Below are positions 38,379-49,729 of a stretch of 64,000 bases of DNA, one piece after another. Below the pieces are notes generated by a model. That model did not search any database. It worked only from the letters and a program-made list of their open reading frames with translations, and was not told the origin of the DNA. The stretch is from Hormoscilla sp. (lineage in GTDB: Bacteria > Cyanobacteriota > Cyanobacteriia > Cyanobacteriales > Desertifilaceae), in assembly GCA_051439505.1 (NCBI GenBank), contig JBFRWI010000135.1, positions 32,001 to 96,000 of the forward strand, read 5' to 3'. A program made the position numbers and the translations under genes. The stretch's first letter is position 1. Each line of letters starts with the position of its first letter.

Positions 38379-39326
38379 TTACCTTGACGACTTCATTTCA
38401 TTATAGGCTGCATAGACTGCCTTGACATTATACCAATTCAGAAAAATTCTCGCCACTTCCAAGGCTAACTGGGATTTTCCCCGATCGATCGCCCATTGCA
38501 ACCCGGGGGCGATCGACCGTTCGTTCAGCCTCCCACCCAAGGATAGCATACCCCAGAGGAACAGATGCAACCAGGTCATTTGAATCATCATTCGGACTTC
38601 CCAGGTAGGATGTTTTTGATAGAACAAAACCCCCATCCGTCCCCGTTGGATTTCCCGATCGATCATCCCCGGAATTTGGTCCAGGGCGAAGGGAGGATGC
38701 CAGTGATAGCCGACTGCTTCTGGACATTTGATCAGTTTTAATCCCATTTTGTTTAGTCTCACCCCCAGTTCTAAGTCTTCCCAGCCATAAAGTTGAAACC
38801 TGGGGTCGAATAACCCTGCTTCTAATAACCATTTGCGGGCAATAGCGACATTTCCCGTAGCAAAATAGGCAGCAGAAAAATCAGTAATCTTGTATCGTTC
38901 CGATGTAGGATCCTCGAAGTTGCAGGTGTTCACCACCCGACCGTAGGTAAACAGGCGATCGCTTCCTAATTTCTCTCGTCCCCGCAGCAGTGCATCAGCA
39001 TGGGATTGCAGGAAAGTTTCCGTAACCACTAGATCGCTATCAATAAAGACGATCGTATCCCCTTGGGCCGATTCTACACCCAGATTGCGGGCCGCTGCAG
39101 GTCCTTGGTGCCCCTGACTGAGCGATCGCGCGTGGGGGAATTCAGTTGCACGGGACTCCAACCAGGGCAAAGTCTCATCTGTCGAACCATCATCGACCAC
39201 CACAACTTCATAACCAGTAACAGCAGCATTAGTAAATTGCTGCCGTTCTAAGGCTTTCAGGCCCTTGGACAGAATCGGCAAGCGATTATACGTAGGAATG
39301 ACAACGCTAAAAAACACAACAATCAA
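38379..39326 (-). CDS. Glycosyltransferase family 2
   Basis: SVVIPTYNR, VVDDGSTD, GPAAARN, FIDSD, GWEDLELG. Confidence 0.92.
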   Translation of the reverse strand: MIVVFFSVVIPTYNRLPILSKGLKALERQQFTNAAVTGYEVVVVDDGSTDETLPWLESRATEFPHARSLSQGHQGPAAARNLGVESAQGDTIVFIDSDLVVTETFLQSHADALLRGREKLGSDRLFTYGRVVNTCNFEDPTSERYKITDFSAAYFATGNVAIARKWLLEAGLFDPRFQLYGWEDLELGVRLNKMGLKLIKCPEAVGYHWHPPFALDQIPGMIDREIQRGRMGVLFYQKHPTWEVRMMIQMTWLHLFLWGMLSLGGRLNERSIAPGLQWAIDRGKSQLALEVARIFLNWYNVKAVYAAYNEMKSSR

Positions 39327-39515
39327 ACAATTGGCAAAATCACCAATATTTTAGACCGCCCAGGGGCGACCGGCCCCGATCGCCCCCAAAGAAATCCTGT
39401 AAGCCTTTCCCCGTAAGCATTTCGGGCCTCAGCAGAAAAAAAGTTCCCAGGGAGATACTTATTTGCTCGCGACCAGATACAATAGCGGATTAGTCGTTTT
39501 TGAGAATGATCGTCT

Positions 39516-40718
39516 ATGGGTCGCGCTACTAAAGTGGTACTCGCCTATTCTGGCGGAGTCGATACATCCGTCTGCATCCCCTATCTCAAGCAGGAGTGGG
39601 GCGTCAAAGAAGTAATTACCCTCGCCGCAGACTTGGGACAGGGTGATGAATTAGGACCAATTCAAGAAAAAGCCCTCAAAGCAGGTGCTAGCGAATCTCT
39701 CGTTGTTGATGCCAAAGAGGAGTTTGTCACAAATTACGCCTTTCCCGCAATTCAGGCCAATGCCCTCTATGAAAATCGCTATCCCCTCTCCACCTCCCTC
39801 GCCCGTCCCCTGATAGCTAAGCTGTTGGTAGAAGCAGCGGCAAAATATGGCGCAGATGCGATCGCCCACGGTTGTACTGGCAAAGGTAACGATCAAGTGC
39901 GCTTCGATGTCTCCACAACCGCCCTCAACCCCCAATTGAAAATCCTGGCCCCCGCCCGAGAATGGGGATTTTCCCGCGAACAAACCATCGAATATGGCGA
40001 ACGCTTCGGCATTCCTTCACCTGTCAAAAAGAAATCTCCCTACAGTATCGATCGCAACTTATTAGGGCGGAGTATTGAAGCAGGTCCATTGGAAGATCCC
40101 ATGACGGAACCGCCAGAGGAAGTTTATCTGATGACAAAGGCGATCGCCGACACCCCCGACAGTCCCGAATATGTAGAAATTGGGTTCGAGAAGGGCATTC
40201 CCACCACAATTAACAGTGAAACCCTGGCCCCCGTGGCCCTAGTGAGCAAACTCAACGAAATCGTCGGGAATCACGGTTTCGGGCGCATCGACATGATCGA
40301 GAACCGCTTAGTCGGGATCAAATCGCGGGAAATTTACGAAGTCCCCGGGTTATTAGTATTAATCCAAGCCCACCAGGACTTAGAAAGTTTAACCTTAACC
40401 GCAGATGTCACGCAATACAAGCGGGGCATCGAAGAAACCTACAGCAAACTGGTGTATAACGGACTTTGGTACAGTCCCCTGAAAGCAGCAATAGATGCCT
40501 TTATTCAACAAACCCAGGAACGAGTCACGGGGACAGTGCGGGTGAAATTGTTTAAGGGAACAGCAACCATTGTGGGACGCAAGTCAGAGAATTCCCTTTA
40601 CAGTTCCGATCTGGCGACCTATGGAGAAGAAGATCAGTTCGATCACAAAGCAGCGGAAGGATTTATCTACGTTTGGGGATTGCCAACTCGCGTTTGGTCC
40701 GAGAAAATGAAGGGATAG
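39516..40718 (+). CDS. argG: Argininosuccinate synthase
   Basis: [37 protein letters not shown]. Confidence 0.98.
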   Translation: MGRATKVVLAYSGGVDTSVCIPYLKQEWGVKEVITLAADLGQGDELGPIQEKALKAGASESLVVDAKEEFVTNYAFPAIQANALYENRYPLSTSLARPLIAKLLVEAAAKYGADAIAHGCTGKGNDQVRFDVSTTALNPQLKILAPAREWGFSREQTIEYGERFGIPSPVKKKSPYSIDRNLLGRSIEAGPLEDPMTEPPEEVYLMTKAIADTPDSPEYVEIGFEKGIPTTINSETLAPVALVSKLNEIVGNHGFGRIDMIENRLVGIKSREIYEVPGLLVLIQAHQDLESLTLTADVTQYKRGIEETYSKLVYNGLWYSPLKAAIDAFIQQTQERVTGTVRVKLFKGTATIVGRKSENSLYSSDLATYGEEDQFDHKAAEGFIYVWGLPTRVWSEKMKG

Positions 40719-41119
40719 AATTATGAGCAAACCCAGCCATTAGGCTGGGTAAAGCCGTTCGTAGTAAAGACGTAGGGTGGGCACCGCCCACCATCGCTCG
40801 GTTAAGCTAACTGTGAATGTGTAAATATTTTTTTTCACCTACTTAACGCCTCCAAAAAGCGATTCGTCCGTTGAAATCTGCCATTTCTCTGTTCAAACAT
40901 TTGTCCGGCGATCGCCCGTTCTCCAATATTTGCCATCCCCCGGTTTCGCCTCGAATTATATATATCTTCCAAATAAGCCTCATTTTACTTACCTTGACGG
41001 TAATATTTTATTAACTTATTTTAAGTTTTAAGCGCTCGTCTATAGAAAGTATAAAATTACCGGTTGCAGCTCTTAACTGATGGCAAAATTAGTTGTGAAG
41101 GTTGGAGGAGGTATTCGAC

Positions 41120-41515
41120 ATGCTAAACTATACAACAAACCTTGTAAGTCTAGATCCTGAATCCCTGGTAGATGTCTACCGTTGCACCAAGGGAGGATTA
41201 GAGTGGTGTGCTGGTGGATGGGAAAGCAAGGGTTGCCTTCCGTTGGCAGAGGCACTCGCTATCTGTAGGGAACATCCCGACTATGAAATCTGGCAAGTCC
41301 CTATATCCGACAACCCTTGGACTGTATGGAATTACTTCCAGCATTTTCCCGATCGCTTTATACCAGAAATTTGTAGCTGCTCCCTAGATGCGGCCAAAAA
41401 TGCTGAAAAACAATTAGCAACCGCAACCGCGATCGCCCTTTCTGCTTTCTGGAGAAAAAGACTGCCAGGGACTGGAGATCTCCAACCAGATTCCTTCGCA
41501 ACAGTCCAGTTGTAG
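41120..41515 (+). CDS. Hypothetical protein
   Basis: 131-aa ORF with ggaggagg upstream; no recognised motif. Confidence 0.5.
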   Translation: MLNYTTNLVSLDPESLVDVYRCTKGGLEWCAGGWESKGCLPLAEALAICREHPDYEIWQVPISDNPWTVWNYFQHFPDRFIPEICSCSLDAAKNAEKQLATATAIALSAFWRKRLPGTGDLQPDSFATVQL

Positions 41516-41524
41516 CTGCAACTG

Positions 41525-42145
41525 TTAGGAAACGTTCCCCTTTCTCGACTCCCACCAAATCGGCACAACAATCCAGGCAATCACCAGCAATAAAGCCCCG
41601 ACGGCAAATTCAGCCACCCAAGCCACCAATTTCTCTAGAGGCACAATTCGTCCGACAAAGAACGACAAACTTACCATCACGCTGGCCCACATAGTGGCCC
41701 CCGCCGCGTTACACAGCAAAAATAATCCGTAGGGCATTTCCGCAATGCCCGCGATCGGTCCTGCAAAAATACGTAGCAAGGCCACAAATCTCCCCAGAAA
41801 CACGGCTCTGGCGGCGTTGAGGCTGAACTGGTGTTTCACCTCTAACAGCTGCTGTTCGCTGATGCGGAATAGCTTACCCACCCGCAACAAAACTGGCCAA
41901 CCGCCATATCTGCCGATCCAGTAACCGCAGTTATCCCCCAGGACAGCACCAGCGATCGCCACCCCCAGCACCCACCAGTAATTCAACTCACCGCTGCCAG
42001 CCAAAAACCCACCCACGAGGGTAATGGTTTCCCCTGGCAGAGGCACCCCCGTATTTTCCAGCATGATTCCCAGAAACACTGCCCAGTAGCCGTATTGATG
42101 GGCGATTTCCTTGATTGTCTCCAGTGACAAAAAATCTAATGACAT
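41525..42145 (-). CDS. DedA family membrane protein
   Basis: LENTGVPLPGET, AVLGDNCGYWIGR, GRFVALLR. Confidence 0.93.
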   Translation of the reverse strand: MSLDFLSLETIKEIAHQYGYWAVFLGIMLENTGVPLPGETITLVGGFLAGSGELNYWWVLGVAIAGAVLGDNCGYWIGRYGGWPVLLRVGKLFRISEQQLLEVKHQFSLNAARAVFLGRFVALLRIFAGPIAGIAEMPYGLFLLCNAAGATMWASVMVSLSFFVGRIVPLEKLVAWVAEFAVGALLLVIAWIVVPIWWESRKGNVS

Positions 42146-42517
42146 TATTCTGCTATTTTTTGACAAATCTTTACATTATAGCTATTTTCGCGCAGTTTGG
42201 CAGTTTCTGGCAAACAAATCAATAATTTTTTCCCAAAAACCTGTATGTATATGAAGATTGTGCAAACTTCTTCAACGCAACCAGACGCTCCGATGGTTTG
42301 AGGCTTATATTGCAAACATCAGTCATAACATCAAAGACTCGCCCTGCTAGCTTAGCTTTCGGTCTAGCTTTAAGGAAAGGGATGAGTTGATTTTGTAGAA
42401 CTATATAGGTTAGATGTCAACAAGATTAAAACGCGAACCTTAATGACGTGGCGCTTGTGCGCTAGCAAACAAACATAATTGACACCGCAAAGGAGATTTA
42501 TACAAGGAGGCAAAACC

Positions 42518-42883
42518 ATGATAACTAAGCCACTTAATCATACATATGTACTCAGACCTCAAGGGCGTCTAGACCTTCATGGCGGCGAATTATTGCAGCA
42601 ACAGCTGAGGTCGCTCCCCCGAGATTACTATCCTCTATGGATTATCGATCTCTCAGGCATAGACTTTATCGATACATCTGGTTTAGGTTCCTTGATTTCG
42701 GGACTAAATCTTTCCCGTCAACATCAATGCCGTCTCGTCCTCTGCAATCTCCAAGCGGCAGCTAGGCTAATTTTTGAAATCACCCAGCTCGATCGGGTAT
42801 TTGAAATCTTCGATAGTTACGACAGCTTTCTACTAACCATCAATGAACCCATCAACCCTGTTCCGGTTTTGGTAGCAGCCTGA
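42518..42883 (+). CDS. STAS domain anti-sigma factor antagonist
   Basis: GRLD...IDLSGIDFIDTSGLGSL...IFEITQLDRVFEI. Confidence 0.9.
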   Translation: MITKPLNHTYVLRPQGRLDLHGGELLQQQLRSLPRDYYPLWIIDLSGIDFIDTSGLGSLISGLNLSRQHQCRLVLCNLQAAARLIFEITQLDRVFEIFDSYDSFLLTINEPINPVPVLVAA

Positions 42884-43027
42884 TACTATCATATTATAGC
42901 TAGTAGGGATCGATCGCCTCACCCCACAGCTGAGCGATCGCATCAGGCCAGCAAGAAGCCTCATGCGATCGGCCTACTGCCATAATAGATGGTACTGAAA
43001 ATAAAAACTGCAAAATCGCCCACAACC

Positions 43028-43594
43028 TCATGTTTTTTCTAGTTTTGCCATCTTGGGAGCGTCAGCATCTAAAGGAGGGAAAGAAGGTAAATCGATCGCG
43101 CTACGGGTTTTGAGAGCCAGACGGTAACTCACACTTTGCAATTCGGCATGGAGTTGACGGTTTTCCCGTTGCAGCATATCCAGTCTTTCTTTTACCGGTT
43201 CTATTCGTTCGGCAAACTTCTGGCGATAGATGTGAGGCAATTCCTGCACCGCCATTTCCAACATCTGACTGCGATCGGTCAATTCCTGTACTGTATGCCG
43301 CAATTGGTAAATTTCCGCATCCCGAGAGGCAATTTGTTCTTGATAAAATCCGATCTGTTCGGAAAAGCCTCGTAACTGTTCTTGCAGAGCCTCAATTTGG
43401 GCCATATCCCCTGCGGTTTCCGATGGATCGGGCATAAAACTAGCATTGCCTTTCACCAACCGGAAAAGCTCTTGAGACAATTGTTGTACTAGCTGGTCTC
43501 GCATCTGTAACTCTGCGCGCAAGTGAGTTACTTCTGCTTGTAGCTGTTCGAGATTAACAGCATTATCGTCAGTAATATCAGTCACCAATTTCAT
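43028..43594 (-). CDS. Conserved cyanobacterial coiled-coil protein (Npun_F5560-like)
   Basis: RDQLVQQLSQELFRLVKGN...LQRENRQLHAELQSVSYRLA. Confidence 0.75.
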   Translation of the reverse strand: MKLVTDITDDNAVNLEQLQAEVTHLRAELQMRDQLVQQLSQELFRLVKGNASFMPDPSETAGDMAQIEALQEQLRGFSEQIGFYQEQIASRDAEIYQLRHTVQELTDRSQMLEMAVQELPHIYRQKFAERIEPVKERLDMLQRENRQLHAELQSVSYRLALKTRSAIDLPSFPPLDADAPKMAKLEKT

Positions 43595-43600
43595 GCTCCG

Positions 43601-44605
43601 TTAACTGACTGCCCCATAGTCTTTTATCTTCTCTTCCCTTCGACGTGCCTGTGATGCACGACGGATATCTCGCCAAATAGCCGTTGCCGCTAACGTCCCA
43701 TCTGCCACCGCAACTGACACTTGATTGATACCCACTTTTAAGTCTCCCAGGGCAAATAAACGAGGATGAGAAGTACGACACATATCATAGGTAACCAAGT
43801 TATTGCCCTGCCACTCCAGATCCAGCCCCTGGAGATATTCATTGTGGTAGTGAGAACCCATCGCCACCAGTCCCGTTTCCAGTTCAACTGTCGAGCCATC
43901 GGCCAGTTCTACCCCAGTCATTTCATGATTATGCCCCAAAAATCGCTTGATGGGCTGCTCAACTAGGGGATAGCCATGTTCTGCCAGTTTCTGACGCATT
44001 TCCCTACCGACGGCAAACAACCCCTGAGTAAACACCGTGATGTACGGGGTAAACCAATTCAAGACAAAAGCTGTATCGATCGCGCTTTCCGAACCAACGA
44101 ACAACCCACAATTCTTATCCGCCATCTCGTAACCGTCACAGATCATGCAGACATGGAGATTGTATCCAGCATAGTCATAGACATTCTGCATATCTGGTAC
44201 CTGGGGAAGACGATCGATGATGCCACTGGCGGCGATCAGGTATTTAGAGCGAAATACTGCATTAATGCTATCTTTCTTACCAATCTTCACCTTAACTGCA
44301 AAATTTTCCCCTTCATCTGAGACTTCTTCGACATAACCCCGTAGATGATCGCCCTCCAGAGATAGGAAATGTTTCTCTCCCTGTTGCAACATGGTACGCC
44401 CTGGTGTATCTGGAGGCAAACCCAGGTAATTTCTCAAGTCCTGCATCCAGAAAGAACGCCCCCGCCCTTTTTCGATTACCAAACAGTTCAGGCGATATCG
44501 CTGTAGGTAAATCGCCGCTGACAGTCCCCCGGCACCACCCCCGACCACGATCGCATCGTATAAATGGGATAACCGCTGGTCTAAGTTATTCTTGGATAGC
44601 TTCAT
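43601..44605 (-). CDS. NAD(P)/FAD-dependent oxidoreductase (thioredoxin reductase-like)
   Basis: VVGGGAGGLSAA, CMICDG, FALGD. Confidence 0.9.
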   Translation of the reverse strand: MKLSKNNLDQRLSHLYDAIVVGGGAGGLSAAIYLQRYRLNCLVIEKGRGRSFWMQDLRNYLGLPPDTPGRTMLQQGEKHFLSLEGDHLRGYVEEVSDEGENFAVKVKIGKKDSINAVFRSKYLIAASGIIDRLPQVPDMQNVYDYAGYNLHVCMICDGYEMADKNCGLFVGSESAIDTAFVLNWFTPYITVFTQGLFAVGREMRQKLAEHGYPLVEQPIKRFLGHNHEMTGVELADGSTVELETGLVAMGSHYHNEYLQGLDLEWQGNNLVTYDMCRTSHPRLFALGDLKVGINQVSVAVADGTLAATAIWRDIRRASQARRREEKIKDYGAVS

Positions 44606-45104
44606 CGCCTTTATTCCTTATATCCTACCTTAACGCTAGCTTATCGTTCGCCCATACTTAAAATATAATTTATATCGGCCAACTCTTGCTGCTGGACGAC
44701 CGGCTGCCACAGACCGGTGACTAACAAATTCAAAATTCAAAATTCAAAATTCAAAATGGGGAAATTAATTGATTCTTGGGTTTCAGCATTTGGATCCATG
44801 CAATTTAAATGCGCGACAGCTTAGCATCAGCGGTTACCAGTCACCAATGTTATGAAATCGGTTCTAGATATCCCGTCCCGCCGAGTCTGCCAGCCCAAAA
44901 ATCAAGCCTATCTCTGCTAGTCTAGCGAATAGGAGCAATTTATATCTAATATCTGACTTAATCGCCTTTTTTCAATTTGCGATTTTCAATTTTTAATTTT
45001 TAATGCTATGCTCAGCACCTCTCAATTGCATGAGGAGCGTAAATTAAGCATTTCTCTTCGGGAAGTGCGATCGAGCATCTATTGCTGAAACCATTATGAT
45101 GTAT

Positions 45105-45427
45105 GGGTGTGGTCATGCATAGAGTTGGTTCCGATCCCCCCCAAACCCCCCCTTTTTAAGCTTACCATTACGAACATAATTCTTTACAATCTTGAAAGCC
45201 TTATGAGGCAATGGTTTCGAGGTCTGACGACAGCAGATGGCTTGACTTTTACCACCATCTATGCTGCCGACTGGAAACCCCCCCTCTCCCTGCTCCCTGC
45301 TCCCTGCTCCCTGCTATTTGAGAAATGTTAAGAAATATGTGAGTAAGGCATAGCTTTTTAAGGGGGGTTTGGGGGGATCCGGCGACTGGGAGGGCCCTAG
45401 AACTATCAACGGGTTTTGACCACACCC
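45105..45427. mobile_element. MITE family B (323 bp), TIR GGGTGTGGTCA, 9-bp TSD ATGATGTAT, with a nested insert
   Basis: TSD at 45096-45104 and 45428-45436; opposite orientation to the 33807 copy. Confidence 0.9.
45161..45353. mobile_element. Nested MITE (family D, 193 bp), 9-bp TSD CTTTTTAAG
   Basis: TSD at 45152-45160 and 45354-45362; imperfect TIRs CTTACCATTACGAACATA / CTATGCCTTACTCACATA; right end also seen at about 34115-34187. Confidence 0.65.
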
Positions 45428-45645
45428 ATGATGTATGGAATTCAGCCGACATGATTTGGCAGATAGGCCGATCGCATCAATCTGAGAAACGACGAAGACG
45501 AGAATCAAGATTAGGCGTTGCACTTCGACACCGACGACCGGTGATCGTGGCCATGACGTGACCACGTGCCATGCCGACTGACAATTGACCAATGACAACC
45601 GACAACTGACAAGCATCATCCCCGATCGGGTGCAACGCCCGCCGA

Positions 45646-45975
45646 TTATACCGACTCTGATTCTGGAGTCTCTTTGTCGGACTTGACCTCCTGCTTAATG
45701 GTAAGATAGCGAATCACATCCTCACTGAGGCGCATAGAACGCTCCAGAACGGCGATCGCACTTCCATCGGCAGTGTAATTCATTTGGATATAGACACCCT
45801 CTCGTTGTTTTTTAATCTCATAGGCCAGACGGCGCTTACCCCGGTGCTGGGTTTCGGTGATTTCCGCGCCCATATCACGCAGCAGGGTTTGATACTTCTC
45901 GATCGCCCGCTCGGTCAATTCCTCGCCCAAATCAGGACGCAGGATGTACATTGTTTCGTAAAGGTAACGTTTCAT
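45646..45975 (-). CDS. rpsF: 30S ribosomal protein S6
   Basis: [11 protein letters not shown]...[10 protein letters not shown]...EGVY...VIRYL. Confidence 0.98.
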   Translation of the reverse strand: MKRYLYETMYILRPDLGEELTERAIEKYQTLLRDMGAEITETQHRGKRRLAYEIKKQREGVYIQMNYTADGSAIAVLERSMRLSEDVIRYLTIKQEVKSDKETPESESV

Positions 45976-46198
45976 CGATGGTAGATTCTCCTTATGGACG
46001 AGATGGCTTCCCCGACAGCAGTATCCGAGTCGGTAACTCCGATCGCAGAAGCAAGGGAATTTCTATTGTATATTGTCAAAGCCAGAATATTCCGACTAAA
46101 ATCACAACCAAATCTATTTTTGCCCCACACCCTGCCGAGCACCGCCGGTGAGGTGACGGTCAAAAATCAAGTATATAGAATGCCCCGGAGCTGAGGTT

Positions 46199-46984
46199 AT
46201 GGCGCAACGCTACGTCCGAGTGCAAACGACAGAAGGACAGATTTACTACGGGTTGCTGCAACTGAACCGACAGGTGCAGGTACTGGATGCTCCCCCGTGG
46301 TTGCAAGGTCAACCGACCAATCTGTCCCTAGAGTACGAACAGTACCAGGTTCTCGCCCCCTGTGCCCCTTCTAAGATTGTGGCGGTAGGTAAAAATTATG
46401 CCCAACATGCAGCTGAGATGGGAACAGATGTCCCAAAGGAGCCCTTGTTATTTCTCAAGCCATCCACTACAGTGATACCAGCCGGTAGTCCCATCCGTTA
46501 TCCATCTCAATCCCAGCGAGTAGACTATGAAGGTGAATTGGCTGTGGTGATCGGCGATCGTTGTCTAGATTGTACCCCCGAGCAAGCTCAGGCAAAGATT
46601 TGGGGCTACACGATCGCTAATGATGTCACTGCCAGAGATCTACAGAAGCGGGACGGTCAGTGGACACGGGCCAAGGGCTTTGATACCTTCTGCCCTCTCG
46701 GTCCTTGGGTCGTGAGAGAATTAAGTCCGGGTGCCCGATTGCAAACCTACCTCAATGACAGCGATCGTCCCGTCCAATCTGTCTCCATTGACGATATGGT
46801 ATTTTCACCTGATTTTCTCGTCTCCTACATCTCTGGGATCATGTCCCTGTTACCAGGGGATGTGATCTTGACTGGTACCCCAGCCGGAGTAGGCCCCATG
46901 CAGATGGGCGATCGGGTGCGGGTGGAAATCGAAGGCATCGGCTTCCTGGAAAATCACGTTATAGCTCGCACAGTCACGCCCTAA
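46199..46984 (+). CDS. Fumarylacetoacetate hydrolase family protein
   Basis: VGKNYAQH, DYEGEL, NDVTARD, KGFDTFCPLGP, GDVILTGTP. Confidence 0.95.
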   Translation: MAQRYVRVQTTEGQIYYGLLQLNRQVQVLDAPPWLQGQPTNLSLEYEQYQVLAPCAPSKIVAVGKNYAQHAAEMGTDVPKEPLLFLKPSTTVIPAGSPIRYPSQSQRVDYEGELAVVIGDRCLDCTPEQAQAKIWGYTIANDVTARDLQKRDGQWTRAKGFDTFCPLGPWVVRELSPGARLQTYLNDSDRPVQSVSIDDMVFSPDFLVSYISGIMSLLPGDVILTGTPAGVGPMQMGDRVRVEIEGIGFLENHVIARTVTP

Positions 46985-47023
46985 GTTCCGAGCTTGGGAT
47001 CTGCCGGTTGTAACAATCAGATG

Positions 47024-47500
47024 CTAACGGACTTGCATGCGAGCTGCTTCACTGATCAAAGGTATTTCCGAGTCACGCCCCATGACTGACGACACGACTG
47101 CATACAGGCAGGCGATGACAATCGCCAGAAATATTGTATTGTAAAGCGTTTCTACCACCAAAGGCACAGCAATGGCATTAGCCAAGAAAGGTACAACCAG
47201 ACTACAGAGAATCAAAGCGATGTCGATCAGAATCGCCTGCATGGTGTTCAAGCGAATAAAGTAGTTGATGTCAGTATTTCTGACTACCAGTAAAAATAAA
47301 GCAAAGAAAATAATCAGCCCTGCAAATGGCACGCCACGGTAAATTTGCAGCAAAGGCACCAGTGGCAGAAAAATTACTCTCAGAACTGGAAACTGCCTAA
47401 ATAAGAATTCGCCAAACCCCAGTCCATCCATTAAGGGCAGCAAATAAGGCAGGGCCGCAAAAATCCGGTCCCGTACAGTTGTAGATCCTTGCCAAGTCAT
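47024..47500 (-). CDS. Tic20/Ycf60 family protein
   Basis: DRIFAALPYLLPL...FIRLNTMQAILIDI...IPLISEAA. Confidence 0.9.
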   Translation of the reverse strand: MTWQGSTTVRDRIFAALPYLLPLMDGLGFGEFLFRQFPVLRVIFLPLVPLLQIYRGVPFAGLIIFFALFLLVVRNTDINYFIRLNTMQAILIDIALILCSLVVPFLANAIAVPLVVETLYNTIFLAIVIACLYAVVSSVMGRDSEIPLISEAARMQVR

Positions 47501-47599
47501 GATAATATATCCTCTCCAAGCAGTTGCAGCAGTTAGTTAACCTTTAACATCTACAATAGCGCAACTCCAGGGAATCATCAGCCTGGCCTGTTGACCCTT

Positions 47600-47797
47600 C
47601 TATTCCACCTTGGCCACTCGAAATCCCATTTGACATTCATACTGATCTGGTTGCTGAGGAGCCAGTTTCTGAAGAGCTTGACCGCAACGCAGCTGGCCGC
47701 CATGCCAGCGGGGTTCGCCCCGGCGATCGGCAAGTAAACAGCCTTGACAAACTATTTTGGGAGCGAGGATTTGATCGTCTATTAACATTACTAACAT
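47600..47797 (-). CDS. Conserved small cyanobacterial Cys-containing protein
   Basis: MLVMLIDDQ...VCQGCLLAD...LRCG...YECQMGFR; RBS ggagg. Confidence 0.7.
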   Translation of the reverse strand: MLVMLIDDQILAPKIVCQGCLLADRRGEPRWHGGQLRCGQALQKLAPQQPDQYECQMGFRVAKVE

Positions 47798-48060
47798 GCT
47801 TACCTCCAGTACCTCTCTACGAGGCTACTAAGTTTATTTTAAGTGGGTAGTTGTTTAAAGTGGTGTTAATCTATACATAACTTAACATCAGCGCCGATGG
47901 GATTGGGTAAATCTGCTAGCACGTGGAATCAGGGTAATTAGATCCCGATCGCCGGAAAGTCCTTCGTTTTCAGTTATGATGGTTGACTCAGGAGACCATT
48001 GGTGCTTGCGATCGCCGATAGAGGAACCTGAAATTGTGAGTTTAAGGAAAAAAGCTGAGA

Positions 48061-49344
48061 GTGACTTTGACAAACATAGACGAATTGACTAAAACAGATC
48101 CGGCAATTGCTGAAATCATCCAGTCCGAACTACAGCGTCAACGGGATCATCTGGAACTGATAGCCAGTGAAAATTTTACCTCGCCAGCGGTGTTGGCCGC
48201 TCAAGGCTCGGTTCTGACCAACAAGTATGCCGAAGGATTACCCAAAAAACGCTATTACGGCGGTTGTGAGTTTATAGACAAGGCGGAACAACTGGCCATT
48301 GACCGGGTTAAACAGCTGTTTGGTGCAGCTCATGCCAATGTCCAACCCCACTCAGGCGCTCAGGCTAATTTTGCCGTGTTTCTAGCCCTGCTGGAGCCTG
48401 GCGATGGGATTATGGGTATGGATCTGTCTCACGGAGGTCATTTGACTCATGGTTCCCCCGTGAATGTGTCCGGTAAGTGGTTTAAGGTCTGCCATTATGG
48501 GGTGAGTGAGGAAACAGAGCTGCTGGACTACGACCAGGTGCGAGATCTGGCACTTCAGCATCGTCCTAAGTTGATAATTTGCGGGTACTCAGCTTATTCG
48601 AGGATAATCGAGTTTGAGAAATTCCGGGCGATCGCCGATGAAATTGGTGCCTACCTGATGGCAGACATTGCCCACATCGCCGGTTTGGTTGCTACAGGTC
48701 ATCATCCCAACCCCGTTCCTCACTGTCATGTGGTGACTACAACCACTCACAAGACTCTACGCGGTCCCAGGGGTGGTTTAATCATGACTAACGATCCCGA
48801 ACTGGCCAAAAAGTTCAATAAAGCTGTATTTCCCGGTACTCAAGGCGGTCCCTTAGAACATGTAATTGCCGCTAAAGCCGTGGCCTTTGGCGAAGCCTTG
48901 CAGCCTGACTTTAAAAACTATTCCGCTCAAGTGATTGCTAATGCTCAAGCTTTAGCCCAGCAGTTACAGCAGCGGGGTCTGAAGGTAGTCTCTGGTGGCA
49001 CAGAGAACCATTTATTGCTAGTGGATCTGCGGTCCATCGGCATGACCGGTAAGAAAGCCGAGCAGTTACTCAGTCAGGTGAATATTACTGCCAACAAGAA
49101 CACCGTGCCCTTCGATCCCGAATCTCCCTTTGTCACTAGCGGTTTGCGGCTGGGATCGCCAGCAATGACCACGAGGGGTATGGGCACGGGGGAATTCACT
49201 GAAATCGCTACTATTATTGCCGATCGCCTGACTGCTCCAGAGGATGATAGCATTGCTGGGGAATGTCGGCGTCGGGTAGCTGCCTTGTGCGATCGCTTCC
49301 CCCTCTATCCACACTTAAGCTATCAAGTGCCCGCCCAGGCTTAA
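48061..49344 (+). CDS. glyA: Serine hydroxymethyltransferase
   Basis: [27 protein letters not shown]. Confidence 0.98.
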   Translation: MTLTNIDELTKTDPAIAEIIQSELQRQRDHLELIASENFTSPAVLAAQGSVLTNKYAEGLPKKRYYGGCEFIDKAEQLAIDRVKQLFGAAHANVQPHSGAQANFAVFLALLEPGDGIMGMDLSHGGHLTHGSPVNVSGKWFKVCHYGVSEETELLDYDQVRDLALQHRPKLIICGYSAYSRIIEFEKFRAIADEIGAYLMADIAHIAGLVATGHHPNPVPHCHVVTTTTHKTLRGPRGGLIMTNDPELAKKFNKAVFPGTQGGPLEHVIAAKAVAFGEALQPDFKNYSAQVIANAQALAQQLQQRGLKVVSGGTENHLLLVDLRSIGMTGKKAEQLLSQVNITANKNTVPFDPESPFVTSGLRLGSPAMTTRGMGTGEFTEIATIIADRLTAPEDDSIAGECRRRVAALCDRFPLYPHLSYQVPAQA

Positions 49345-49729
49345 ATTCCACCCGCAGTCAGAAGTATTATAGCTTCTGACTGCACATTTGCCCTAAATTT
49401 TCGCTTTTATCTGTAATTGTTCTCTGGCCAACTGTATATATCCTATAATCAAATAGGCGTTGCACAATTAGGGGATGATAGAGGTTGTTGATGGGAGAGC
49501 GTTTCCTGTCATATATGCCTATTAATTGCGGTCTTTGTCTATTAGCAATTAGCCAGAGCGCAATTAGCAAAAGGATAAAATATATCAACCATCATCGGTA
49601 AAAATGTGCAACGCCATCAAATATATATGCCCTATCTTCAGAGATATTAATAGCTTTAATTGAGAACATTAGCTCCCGAAAAGATCGAAAACTAGAGTTA
49701 TATATGTAAACAGTTACAATCGCCAATGA

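Noticed and set aside
39390..39440. Leader-like motif upstream of argG (gaaatcctgtaagcctttccccgtaagcatttc)
   Set aside because: No repeat follows; likely an ordinary promoter-region inverted repeat.
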